In this document: in pieces, positions 12,791 to 30,762 of the stretch
Layout of the letters: each line of letters starts with the position of its first letter
How positions within the stretch are numbered: the first letter of the stretch is position 1
NCBI GenBank assembly: GCA_045837725.1
Contig: JBEWZL010000084.1
Span: 310,001-374,000, forward strand
From: Vermamoeba vermiformis
Lineage: Eukaryota
DNA length: 64,000 bases
Direction: 5' to 3'
Notes under the pieces: generated by a model
Told to the model about the DNA's origin: nothing
The model's database searches: none
The model's input: the letters and a program-made list of their open reading frames with translations, nothing else
Made by a program: the position numbers and the translations under genes

Positions 12791-14932
12791 ATGGGCAATG
12801 TTTTCGCTCTTGAAGGAGAAGCCACACCTGTTGGCTATTGGCATATAATACCTGACGAATTACTCGTCCATATTATGTCATACCTGCCTGCGAAGGAAGT
12901 GGCGAGAGCGGGACTGGTAATAATATTATTTGAAAATCGGATCCTGTTTAATTTTTAATTCTTTTGTACGACCCATTTATTTTAAATATTTCAATCGTAT
13001 TTGCGGGGCAACTAAATTAATCTGTGAATATTTGCTGAACGAAAGATCTTGTTAGGTCAGCAAGCAATTCTGCGTCTGCTCGTTCAACAATTCGTTATGG
13101 AAGGAAAAATTCTATCAAGACTATAAATGGACTATGAAGAGATCATTATCGAGTCGAGACACGCAATTCGAAACGAGTTTTCAAGATCTGCTTAGCCTCG
13201 AACACCCCGAACATTACGTGCTTACCGACTGGCGCCGTGGATACCTAATGGTAATTAATACTATACTATTAGATCGATAGCCGAATAGTCAACGAATTTT
13301 CCATGTCAGATCCAAAATTGAAGTTCGGTTTTTTTATTTCTTTTATTCTTACTAATGCCTCTTATTTAATATAGAAAATTAAATATGACACTCCGCAAGA
13401 ACGTTTGCAATGTTTCAGCAACTGCCTCACGCAGTCTCATACAGGCGTTCCTTTTCTTAACGCTCATTCGCTCCCCGGGTACGCCTTTGAGCCTCATCTG
13501 TTCGAGCAAGTAGAGCCGTTGAAGGTAGACCTCTATTAACACCAATGCCCTATTATTAACAAGGCGGTCAGATTGAAAGAATTTTTTCGAAGCGAGAAGA
13601 TCGTACGCAAAACAAAACGGATCCTTTAACTTCAAACGATAAAGGACTCGCTATCTATGAGAACCTATTAAAAGAAGATCGTAAGTACTATATTCTTTCT
13701 TATTTTTCAGCCCCAATTCTTACCTCGACGGTAGCACAAAAACAAGAATTGATTTGGCTCGTTGTGGATGGAGCGAAACATCCGTCAATTGTACCCAAAA
13801 TTCAAGAATATGACGCTTTAAGCATGTCGTAAGTAATGCCTGTTATAGTATATGTCAACTAAGGTCTTGAACTTTCAGGTTGTTCGGCAAATGGTTCAAT
13901 CAAACAAACTCGAATAATTTTCCTTTTTTGGTAAAATTCACTTCGGATCTGGAACTTTCAAAGTGGCTATTTACCCATGGCTACGATAAATCAGCCGTTC
14001 TCGTTATGTTTATCAATGAAAACTTGCCTGATAGACTCGCGAATGAGTGGTACTTGGCGGGCTATGACAAGGTATGTATCTCGTTTTTAATCTCGACCAT
14101 TACTAAATTTGGGTAGACGGTGGCACTGATGATCTATCTTAAACGTCATTTGGGCCAATTCTTTACTCTGGACAAGACTGGATTTTGCTGGATCTACGAT
14201 CCAACAGTGCTTTATGCACTCGCATTGACATTCCACTCTTCTTTCACGAATAGATTATTTTATACTATTAAGAGCAAAGGAGTGTTCATCGACTCGAAAT
14301 TTCCCGTTGTTGATGCGTACATGCTGTTCGGTAAGACCAAAAACATGACACGTGTCACAAGTTTTCTGTTACTCATCTTTCTTTTCCAAAATAGGCAATG
14401 GATTTTATCCAGGCGAATTGCCGGAGGAAATTGCTACCGTTAAGCGCGATAAAAAACTTGCTGGCTGTCGAAATTTCGCCGGGACAGACGATAAAATCAA
14501 TCGCGCGATGGCAGTACATCTTGAAGACAGGTAAAATAACAAAAAGATATCTATTAACCACAAGATTAATACTAATATATTAATATTAGGAACATATTTC
14601 TTGCTGCCAGATCGATCACTGACCAAAAATGGCAGGCAATGTCGCAACGCGAAAAACATCGCTATTTGCATGAAGCCAACTCGATCGCCAAAAAATACAA
14701 AATTTCCAATATGTCGCTCAAAAAGTTCTTAAGTATCGTTAATTATTCACCCGGAGAGTTTTGGAAAGTGCCTGAAATTTTAAACAGAGTAAGTAATACC
14801 ACAAATTTGTTAACATTTTAAATGCTAATTGCATTATAGTTGAGCGATGTGTCAGTGAATGATGATAGAAGGTTGAATACTATCTTGGAAAGCTTGAAAG
14901 AAAAAACCGGATCCGCTCCTAAGAACGAATAA
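12791..14932 (+). CDS. F-box protein with unrecognised C-terminal region
   Basis: IIPDELLVHIMSYLPAKEVARAGL|VSKQF..NNSLWK is a canonical F-box. Multiple in-frame exons to TAA at 14930-14932. Confidence 0.85.
14346..14357. promoter_or_regulatory. Palindrome TGACACGTGTCA, intronic copy 2
   Basis: Exact match inside an intron of the F-box gene. Confidence 0.5.
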
Positions 14933-15004
14933 CCACGCCCGAATGCTGGTGATGAGATATAGTTCAATTTGTTGTATATTTCTTATAATGTATTGGTATT
15001 AAAC

Positions 15005-15290
15005 TATTACGAGGTCATTAATGTTCCAAAAGGCAAAAGCTCTCTGATTCATCAAAAGCCGATTATATGGATCAGTTGTTCTTTCTAGTGAGATCAGTGC
15101 ACTGATCTCGTTGGGCAGCGAACAAAGTGTTAACGCTCAACTGCCATTATGAATCACTACGCTTGTTGAGGCGACACGTACAGTGGAAAAGATTGGATCT
15201 GGCTGCATCAACCAAGAAGAAACAAAGGATCTTTCAGTGACCTGGCCGTTGAAGGCAAGCCTATGCAAGTAGAGTTCGTTCTGTTAATCC
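15005..15290 (-). pseudogene. Degenerate LRR gene fragment
   Basis: Different minus frames give NELYLHRLAFNG, LCSLPNEISALISLER and IRELLPFGTL, separated by frameshifts and stops. Confidence 0.4.
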
Positions 15291-15328
15291 TATTTTACAG
15301 CTTTATGTAACAAAAATATACAAAAGGT

Positions 15329-17779
15329 TCAGTTCTTTGATTTCTTTCCTTGCCGCTGAAACTTTGCCGCCAACTCGGGGTACTTTGACTTCAAAAGTGC
15401 GTGCACGAGTTGCCCTCGGTCTTTTCGCTCCGCTATCGGCCTTAGTTTTTCAGTCTTAGGCTAAATATAATATGTTAGATAATTGCATCATAATAAGTAA
15501 TTATTTTCTTGCTTAAAAGCTAATTATTTTTTTTGTTACCTTTGCCGTGCCTAATAAAGCACCAATTTTAGACATTGAAATGGATTTATGAGGAGATCCG
15601 GGTGCAACTCCCGCGATGGTGCTGAGCTCTTCTATTTTAGCCTTAATATCATCGGCCGTAAATCCCCATTCCGCCTTCGGGTCTGCCGGGATTTTAACTT
15701 TTTCTCCGATAATCTCCGGATATTTCCGCCTCAGAATTGCTTTCACTTTTGGCCCACAATCGCCCATCGTTTTAAACTTGTCATTTCCTATTTTTCTTGC
15801 AATCTTCGCCCATTTCAAACCTACGCATAGATTAGTACTATTATAGTTATTATACACCTCGTTATTCATTACCTTTCTTTTCAGTCTCGGTGTGGGCCGT
15901 GGCCATGTACTCTTCGTACTCGCGTTTAACGTCGTCCGCGTCAAAGCCCCATTCTTCCTACAAAAACAAAAATGAGACTAAGACACTACCTCGGCCAGTC
16001 CTGCGTACCTTTGTGTTTTGCGGGAATCGACTTCGTGAACCACCCGATCTCGAGCTCCGCCTGCCCTCTTCATTCGTGGCTTCGTTGTGCTCGCTGTCAC
16101 TCGGCGAGGCCTCATCTTCCATCACATTGTTATTGGCGCCAGCACCTTCGACCACTTGGTCGGTTCCAAAGTTGACGTACATATGGTGGCCGTACGCTAA
16201 CGTCGACAAATTGATGACTTGACTGTCGACATCCGTTCCGTTCGGATCTTGATCTGCTGCTTGATCATGCTCGGTTAAAGGCAAGTCAGTACCTCCTACA
16301 TATATAACTATATTAATACACTACTAATGAAGTTTACACGTGCGTACCAGTCACGATGTCACCGCCATTGACTTTCAATCGTTTCGTGATCTCGTTGATT
16401 TCTTCAGTGGTGAGCTCGCTGATCGATCGTTTCTTGCCAGTAATATCTACAAATGTGCCCGAGTCAATGTGCTCTTGTGTTTGTGCGTGTTCTTCGGTCA
16501 AGTTTGAATTCGCGTAGGCCATCGCTGCCTCTTGCGCTTGTTGGATCAAGTTGTGCTGTTCTTGTTGGAAGTCAGACACAGCGGGCTATTTATAAGGCCA
16601 ACATTAGCTATATATTCATCGATATGATACCACTTCTTAGTATAATATACCGTACCTGCATCATCATTTGGAAGGTACTCGCAAATTCAGGAAGTTCTCG
16701 CAGTGCAGTCAAAAGATTAATTTTTTCGTATCTGATCAGCGCTGACTCCACGGGGTTCAAAATCTTTCGCAAAGCTTTGTTCTTTTGCGTTGAATTGCGT
16801 AGGTCGTTGATCGGTGTTCTGCCAACCGGCCGCGGCAAGATCTGCTAAAACACGTTAGCAAACAGAGTCCGTACTATATGCGCCTATTGTCCTATATAAC
16901 CACATCCGGCTATGATGTCCTAAATGATGCGCGAGGGAAATTTCAATGAAAAAGTTTTGCACGTGTCACATGAGGAGTGTTTAAAGAAAAAAAAATAGCT
17001 TTGCGGACACGTACTTGATCGATGCCTTGCCGCTGCATCCATTCTTTTTTCTCCGTGTTCATGCCGCACAGATCCAGAAGCTCTTTGAATTCTTCAGCAT
17101 TCTTTTTCAACGCGTCGACGTTCTCAGCGGCTGCTGGAGGCTTCTCTAGCTCATCTAGAACTTCATATAGTTTCTGTATTAGTTTAGTGCCCTTTTCATA
17201 GAGCTCTTTGCCTCGCACGTGAGCTTGATCCTGAACGTCAATTTTGTGGGGTTAGCGAAAAGATCTGATTCTCGTCTTAATAAAAGTATATCATACCATT
17301 AATGATATGTCTCGACAAAATAATACTGCTGGATTAGACCTATCGTCAATTGCTTGATAAGTAATGCCTGCTTGATCCGGGATAGCCTGATTGTTCGGAT
17401 CTTGTTGCTCTTCGTAGGTTGTACCATCGCCAGTAATGGTGCCGTTCGTGCCAGAATTTGTAACTAGCACGGGGACTAATTGACTTTGGCCCTACACACG
17501 AAAAGGAATTAGATCTCGAAGATCGAATAAAAAAAAATTTAAAGAAATTTAGAAACGTACCTTGGACGTAATAACAATATACTGTTGTTGTCCACGTAAC
17601 TGTACATTGTTTTGCGCCAATAATTGTTCAATTGTAGGGGCCAGAGAAATTAATTGCGGATTTGGCGCGCTCTGATTCGCATCTGCTCCTGCTTGCTCGT
17701 CAATAGGTTGGTCAGGAGTCCGATTGTTATCATCCTCCATTACATCTTCTCGAGGAATGTCTAAGTTCTCCGTCTCCAT
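15329..17779 (-). CDS. Uncharacterised Q/N-rich protein with two C-terminal ~70-aa helical repeats (candidate transcription factor)
   Basis: About 8 exons splice in frame from METENLD to QGKKSKN*. Repeats EWGFDADDVK..WAKIARKIG..ILRRKYPE and EWGFTADDIK..MSKIGALLG..LLKSKYPE. Basic NLS-like patches. Confidence 0.75.
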
Positions 17780-18179
17780 CTGCTCTCGCTGCGAAAGCTA
17801 ATCCGAAAAGCTCGGGAAGCTAGATTCGTCCTCCGCAGTCGATAGCAAGCTTATATTTTTCAACTGTCACTTGACAGTACGATAGTGACAGGTACACTGA
17901 ATGACTTAATGCAATTAAGTCGTGGTCGTGCGTGACTGAACGGGAAGAGTGACTAAATCAAATTAAGCCAAGAAAAAAAAACCAAATAAAATTGATAAAA
18001 ATACGCTGAGTACAGCTATTGATAGTTTGACATATAGGCAAGTATGTGGTAGCATTAGAAGCCTCAGTGACCTCGAGTGTCGGAATGCTAGATGTCGGCT
18101 CGAAACGGATGCAATCGTGCAGCCTTTGGCTCGCGTGAATTACTTGTAATTACATTTTACATTGGTTTATTATGCTCAT

Positions 18180-20827
<2,648 letters not shown>

Positions 20828-21057
20828 TTTCGTGTTGCTTCCTCAAAAACTTTGATTATTAAAGGTAAACCACGTTATGTTTATGACAAAAATCAATAAG
20901 AAGAGTAATAGCGCAGCAAAGTATTTTTCTTTGCGTTGTCTGATTAAGTCACGCTTTTTCTATCCGCAGTTAAGCCCAGCAAAAATTAATCACGTGCTCC
21001 GTTGGCCATTTTGAGTTCAGCGTGGACTTACTGGTTATATTTATTGAACAAGAGACT

Positions 21058-24522
<3,465 letters not shown>

Positions 24523-24651
24523 TTGTTAAAAATCACTTGTACATACAAAACAAATAATAAATTGTCAACCATAATTGCGTAAACATAGCTGCAAGGTTTT
24601 ACAACCGGATTGGAAGTATCAGACCACATCTCACATTGCTAATTGAAGATT

Positions 24652-26080
24652 ATGGAGCAAATTAATCCGAAAGGGTTAGTAAATAAAATATACTGGTAAA
24701 TATAAAATTATCTTATTGTTGAATGGCTACACAGGAACTTGTTTAAAGCTTTACCCGTGGATGTGACTAAAATTATTATTGAAATGCTCGAAGCTGAAGA
24801 TTTTGCCCGTTGGTACGAAATATTAGTATATGATATTTTATATTAATAATAATCATAACAGTACACGAGTTGATACTCACTGGAATCGTGATCTGGTATT
24901 TTTATTGGATGAGGTTCACCTGAGCACCAGCCTTTTAAGACACCTTAATTATTATCTTGATAACATCAAGAAATTCAATTGCAGAAGAATCGAGTTTTCT
25001 TTCTCTCATATCATACTCCAGAAGAGGTAGGTTGCCGCGGATTCTTCGCCAAGCGCAAAACCTTTATTAAACTAATCGTATTGTTTAGCTTGTACCCATT
25101 GGTCATACAACTTCCAAAATTAACGGAGCTTACTCTCAATGAACCTGAAGGTCTCAATCCAAGTTCATTACAAATGTTCTCGACCAACAAGCAGATCAAA
25201 AAGCTCCACTACGATCACTTGCTCGCTGACCAAAGACTACTTAATTACTTAGCTGAATATACTCAACTTGTTGAACTTGATTTATTCGTCGACGTTCAAT
25301 TGGTAGCTCAAGTTTGGGAGGTTTTGCTTGGCATGCCGAAATTACGAAAGCTCAGCATAAAAGCACGAGGACCAAACCCAAGTTTCACGGTCAATTGGAA
25401 CGCTATATCTTCGCTAGAATCGCTCAAGTTGGTCAATATGACATTCAGGCCTTTCGATACAGTTGAAGGTTGCAACATTAGCGTAATGACTAATCTGACG
25501 CATTTAGCCATCCATGGACCTTATTCTGGCACTATATTTGCACCATTATTGGCAAATCATACTCAATTGCGAGAATTGGTTGCGGACGCTTTGAGCAGAG
25601 ATATGTTGGCCTCACCAATGCTACAGCACGTGACTTCATTGAAGTGCAATAGAGCTCTAAGAATCGATGAAACCGTGCCGAAATTACCTAATTTGGTATC
25701 GCTGGCTTGGCGTAAGAACATACGATTGTCACCCTATAGACAAGACTAACAGTTACTATTTTATAGGACCGAGCACACCAGGTGAAATAGATTTTATTTC
25801 GCGCCACTCGAACCTCACGTACCTCGAAATGCGAGGAACTAATTACGAGAATATCGACAAGCTGCTCAAACTAACAAAGTTGAAATATCTTGTGATACGC
25901 ACGCAGATGACTAAGGAGATTGCTAGCGTTATCACTAAGTTGCCCAATTTGGCGGCCATAGATACCTTATTACCCCAGAATATTAAGAGTGTTGACGATT
26001 ATAAGAAAAACTTCCATCGTACTTTCAACCTGCCAGATCATCTTTTGGCCCTGTGGACACATTGGAGCAACAACAATTAG
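24652..26080 (+). CDS. F-box / degenerate LRR protein
   Basis: LFKALPVDVTKIIIEMLEAEDFARCTRVDTHWN (F-box-like) followed by LPKLTELTL, MPKLRKLSI, LPNLVSL, LTKLKYLVI repeats. Confidence 0.8.
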
Positions 26081-26428
26081 TGACATGATCAAATCAACTT
26101 TTAATCGTTAGTTTAAAATGTGATCCCTGTATTGTCGGTAGTTACAGAGTAAATCGTTTGTTTAGGAAATTCCGTTGTGGTCCAAAAATAAATCTGATAA
26201 TAAATTTGTGGTTATTAGTGCCTTGAAACAATGTATTCATGCACACAGTAGCGCAGAATAATATTTAGAATTTTTAGAGCCAAAGGTAAGCCAGGAGAGA
26301 TCCAACTCCTCGGGATCTGATCGTGACGGTTCTTTATCGTCACGATAGAAATCATAATTGCTATCACGATAATTAACATGATATTTTAGTGAGATTTTAT
26401 ACCGTAACAAACAACGGCTGCTGAAGTC

Positions 26429-29400
26429 ATGAGTTCAGCACACGAAGCAAAACAAGAAAAGGAGAAGCAAGAATTCCATGAGAGGCTTCTTTTCTTGCTA
26501 AAACACGGTGATTTAAAAGGTGCTGCCGATCATTTAAATGAAAATCGACGTTTCGAAAGTAAGTCTACCAGATGCGTTAAATTAAAAATCGGAGTAATTT
26601 AAATAATCTCGTAAAAATTAACTAACATGTTCATTAGTTACTTCTGAGGATTATCTTCCTGACCAAGCTTATGACAAGTTGAGTCCTGTTGAAATTGCAA
26701 TTAAATTTGGCGATTACGACTTATATGATGCGTGCAACCGCTTTGGAGGATATCAAACCCTTAAAAATAATAGGGGATTGTAAGTAAATACTGGAATTTA
26801 AATTATTTCAGATAATCTTAACGGATTTCGTCTAGTTCAATCGAGTACTGGGCATTGCTTCATAACTTCAAATTGCCATCTCCTCTCCCAAGAACATATC
26901 ATCACGGTTACAAAAATATAAGTTATCAAGGCACAAGTTTTGATGACTTATATTTAGCCTGCTCCAACGGACATCTGCACGTAAGAGTCAAATTATATTA
27001 TTATAGGTAATTTATTATTGAACGTAAATTAGGTCTTGGATAAGCTCGTTAAGAATAGTAAAAAATCTCACGATATGGAGTTCACAACCAGCAAAAGAAA
27101 TCTGTATGAAATCGCTGCTTTATTCAACCGCGCTGAAATTCTTAAAGCTTTGATCGAGATGAGCATTTTGAAAGCTAATCAAGTATGTGCAAATCATAGT
27201 AATATCATAATAACGAACTAATTCGTTCTTGCGGTGAAGTCGATCTGGACTCACAGATGTGACATGGGAAATGTTTTGCATATTGCCGCTCGATTGGGGC
27301 ACGTGACAATTGCCAAAGTTGTTATTGACCTCTTGGAGCCTACATCAGAGTTCTTAGAGGAGCGTGATGAGTTCGAGCACACTGCCATGAGCCTTGCCGT
27401 GCAGCATCTACACGCACCTGTTGTCGAAGTGTTGGCTAGGGCTGGTGCGACTATGAAAGGGTAATAATAAGATTTTTAGATAGTGCCCGGCAGCCTTACT
27501 AATTGATATTAATAGGGAGTTTGGATATAAAAAGGAATCGTTGTTCGATATCATCTTTTCGAGGTACGTGGACTTGTCAAAATATCTTTGTTTTTTTTGC
27601 TAACGGTTCATATAGCGATGTTGAAATGAGACAGGAGTACCTGGTTAAGGACAAGACTGTACGCGATAGAATTATTTTGCTATTGGCTCAACACAACCCC
27701 GAGGCACTGGAGACACTGTCCAAAGAGCGACTTGCGTACATTGAAGACGTCAAACAACGACAAGCTAATCACAATAGTACGTATATATCACCTTCCGTAG
27801 TATATGGGATCGTATTAATACATTTCCGTAGTCTCTCAAGATGTAGACGAAGAGATGAATGTTGACGAGGACACCGTACTTCCGCTTGGTCCTGAGGACG
27901 ACGATGAGGAAGTAGTACAAAAAATTGAAGCACAGTCTTCTCCTAGCGGCAAAAAGAAGCTTCCAGAGTGCACTTTGTGCGATAAAAAGTTCACGTCGGA
28001 GATCAGGTATGAGTATTTTATCATCGCCGACGGGCCTAATCTTTGCGATTATTTTAGTTTGCAGGCTCATTTGAAGTCCAAGGGACACGTCAAACAAGAA
28101 AAGAAAGATAGACTGCAAAAGAAGTTTGAAGTCGTCACGCCAGAAAAGACCGTGAAAAAACAACAAGAAATGATTGGTCTGATTGAACGATTGCCGTTAT
28201 TGAGCGAGTTGATCAACTTGATTATTATCAAATTGGACAAATGGAGTTTATTGAAATTCAGCGCAACGTCAAAAAGCATTCAAATGCTCGTGGAAAAACG
28301 AAATTTCGTTTGGAGGAGTGTCCAATTATGGATGACATCTCAATTATGGGAAAAAACCAAAGGAAAAATCTTCGAACCTGTCAAACGTGTCATGCCAATG
28401 GTCGAAAAGATTCGATACCGTTCAACGAATTCATCATGGGACCTCAAAGACGAATATCTCAGCACTATTTTTGACATTCCCAAGTACTGCCCGAATTTAC
28501 GCGAATTGGACGTTAGAGACATTAATCCAGCAATCCCCGTGTCATTCTTGAGTGCCCTGTTTCAGCACTGCCCGAAGCTCAGAGTGCTCAAGTTGGCTGA
28601 CGTCTTGGTATGGAAATCATCCAAGAAGGAGGCCGTAGCAAAAGGCGAACTAGACGCGCCTGAAGAGGAACAGCCCGAGCCCGCTGTCAACCCGAAAAAA
28701 CCGTGGAAGAAAAAGAAAGTTAAAAAGACTAAGAGACCGGATCCAAAAGCGTGGGCAGTCAGAGTTGACGAAGTATTGCAAAACACTTCCACGTCATTAG
28801 AAGAACTCACTTTGTTGATGCCGTTCCCTGACAACTTGCCACCTGACAGCTACGCAAAGATCATCGTCGGAATTTTGAAAAAATGTCCGAACCTCGTTCA
28901 ACTCCGATTAGAAGCGACGAATGTGGACAATGTGCAATCTTCTACGATGAAATTTATTGCCGATGCTGTTTTGGAGTCATTGCCAAAGTTGAAAAAATTG
29001 AAATTGATGGGCGAATGGTTGTTCGGAAGATTGCCCGCGACTGAATACAACGAGCTATTTCTCAAGTTCAATAAGCTCGAGAAATTGCAATTGGAAGGCT
29101 CGGAGATTGCAAATTTTGATCGAGACATTCACGACGCTCTCGGCGAGGCCACGCATTTGAAAGAACTTGTCATCTGTCACAACGGCGAGATTAACATTGA
29201 CGGACCTCGCATTGGTCTCTCGAACTTGACCAATCTTACCAAATTAGGATTTTATGCTTGGACTGCTCCGAGCACTGATAACTGTAAGTTCCATCAAAAA
29301 AAAATTACGCTGCGAAGTCAAGGAAATTTCACGATCTTTAATGTTACCTAATAAGGAAATAATGCTCTAATTCTGTTTTTTAGGGGATCTATTATTGCAC

Positions 29401-30762
29401 ACAATTACCGCACGTTGCACAAAGATTCAACATTTGGAGACAGCAATTGCATGGAATGAACGGTTAGGCCAGGGCTTGACGCCTATTGCACCAAAACTTA
29501 AAGTATTCAAACGTACGTTCATATTATTATGTATAAATATATTCGTTCAATAATATTTTCTGTTCTCAGAAAAATATTGGCACCCTGCCGTGGAAAATCC
29601 ACCGTACTCAATGTTAGTCAAGTGCGCCAATTTGACTCTAATCCACGCTGAAAAAGTACGTCTAAGTATAACTACTACAATATCGTATACTAACAGAGGT
29701 TATCTGATTTAGGTCTCCTTGAGTGATTTCCATACAATTATTGATCACTGCAAATTCTTGGAAACTATTCACATTAATATTGTTCCGGCTACTGTTGAAG
29801 AGAATCCAGATGACAATAATAACAATAATGCGGCTAATAATAACAATAATGATAATGCCGCTCAACCAGCCGACGGTGCAAATGCTAACAATAATAATGA
29901 AAATAATAATAATAATGATGAAAATCAAAATCAAGCGAATAATAATGAAAATAATCCGGTACAAAATAACGGCGCAAATGAAAATAATAATGAAGCCAAT
30001 AATAATAATGATAATGCAGCTGCTCCAGAGAATAATAATGATAATGCAAATAACAACAATAATAATAATGCTCCTATTGTCGCACCAGCTGCCCCTGCGT
30101 GGAATGTGATTGACATGGGCCGATTGTTTGAAAAATGCAGACACTTGAAGAACTTGCATTTGATTGGCCCTATCAACAACAAAAGCTTTACGTATGAAAA
30201 ACTCTTATGCTTCATTTGCAGATCGATTTGCAAATTACTAACAATATTTTATTTCCTTTTTAGGAATTTCGTTGTTTCTACGTCGTTAAAGTACTTGAAT
30301 CAATTGTCCACGGAGACTCGTGCTGTGTCAGATATGGTTATGTTTTATTTAGCCGAGTGCTGTCCTAACTTGAAGTTCTGCGAATTGGATTACGAGTTCT
30401 TGGTTTCTGAATGTAAGTCATTTTAGATGTGGCCACATCCGCTCAAAAACGACATTACTTTAGATTTTTTTTGCATTTATCCATATGATAATACGATTAT
30501 ATAATATTATTATGAATTATTTTTCGTCAGTAATTACGAATATTATGGCGATTTTTTTGAATTTTTTTCTAACCAACGGATCCACTTGATTTTTGTTTGG
30601 CTGGTGATTAACTCTAATGTTATTAAACTAGGGATCGAATTACCATTGACGAGAAGATTGCCACACTTGACTCGCTTTGAAATGAGAAACTCTTACACCA
30701 TTGACCAAGCCTTCACTAATGCGAACAAAGAACGAGCCGCGAAGATTAAATACAACTTGTAA
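26429..30762 (+). CDS. Ankyrin - C2H2 zinc finger - F-box - LRR protein with Asn-rich insertion
   Basis: Ankyrins (NVLHIAARLGH, HTAMSLAVQ..LARAGA); CTLCDKKFTSEISLQAHLKSKGH after removing a small intron; F-box-like IERLPLLSELINLIIIKLDKWSLLKFSATSK; LRRs CPNLRELDV, CPKLRVLKL, CPNLVQLRL. Stop at 30760-30762. Confidence 0.85.
29810..30070 (+). repeat. Imperfect (AAT)n trinucleotide tract encoding an Asn-rich low-complexity loop
   Basis: Repeated AATAATAAT units giving NNNNNAANNNNNDN... within an exon. Confidence 0.9.

Noticed and set aside
18040-18140. GC-richer segment with short stems as possible SRP RNA, snRNA or ribozyme
   Set aside because: No SRP helix-8, Sm-site, C/D box or hammerhead core recognisable; stems are short. 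An Infernal/Rfam scan would settle it.
29662-30233. Ile-rich and Leu-rich ORFs resembling membrane proteins
   Set aside because: Alternative-frame and antisense readings of the (AAT)n Asn tract.
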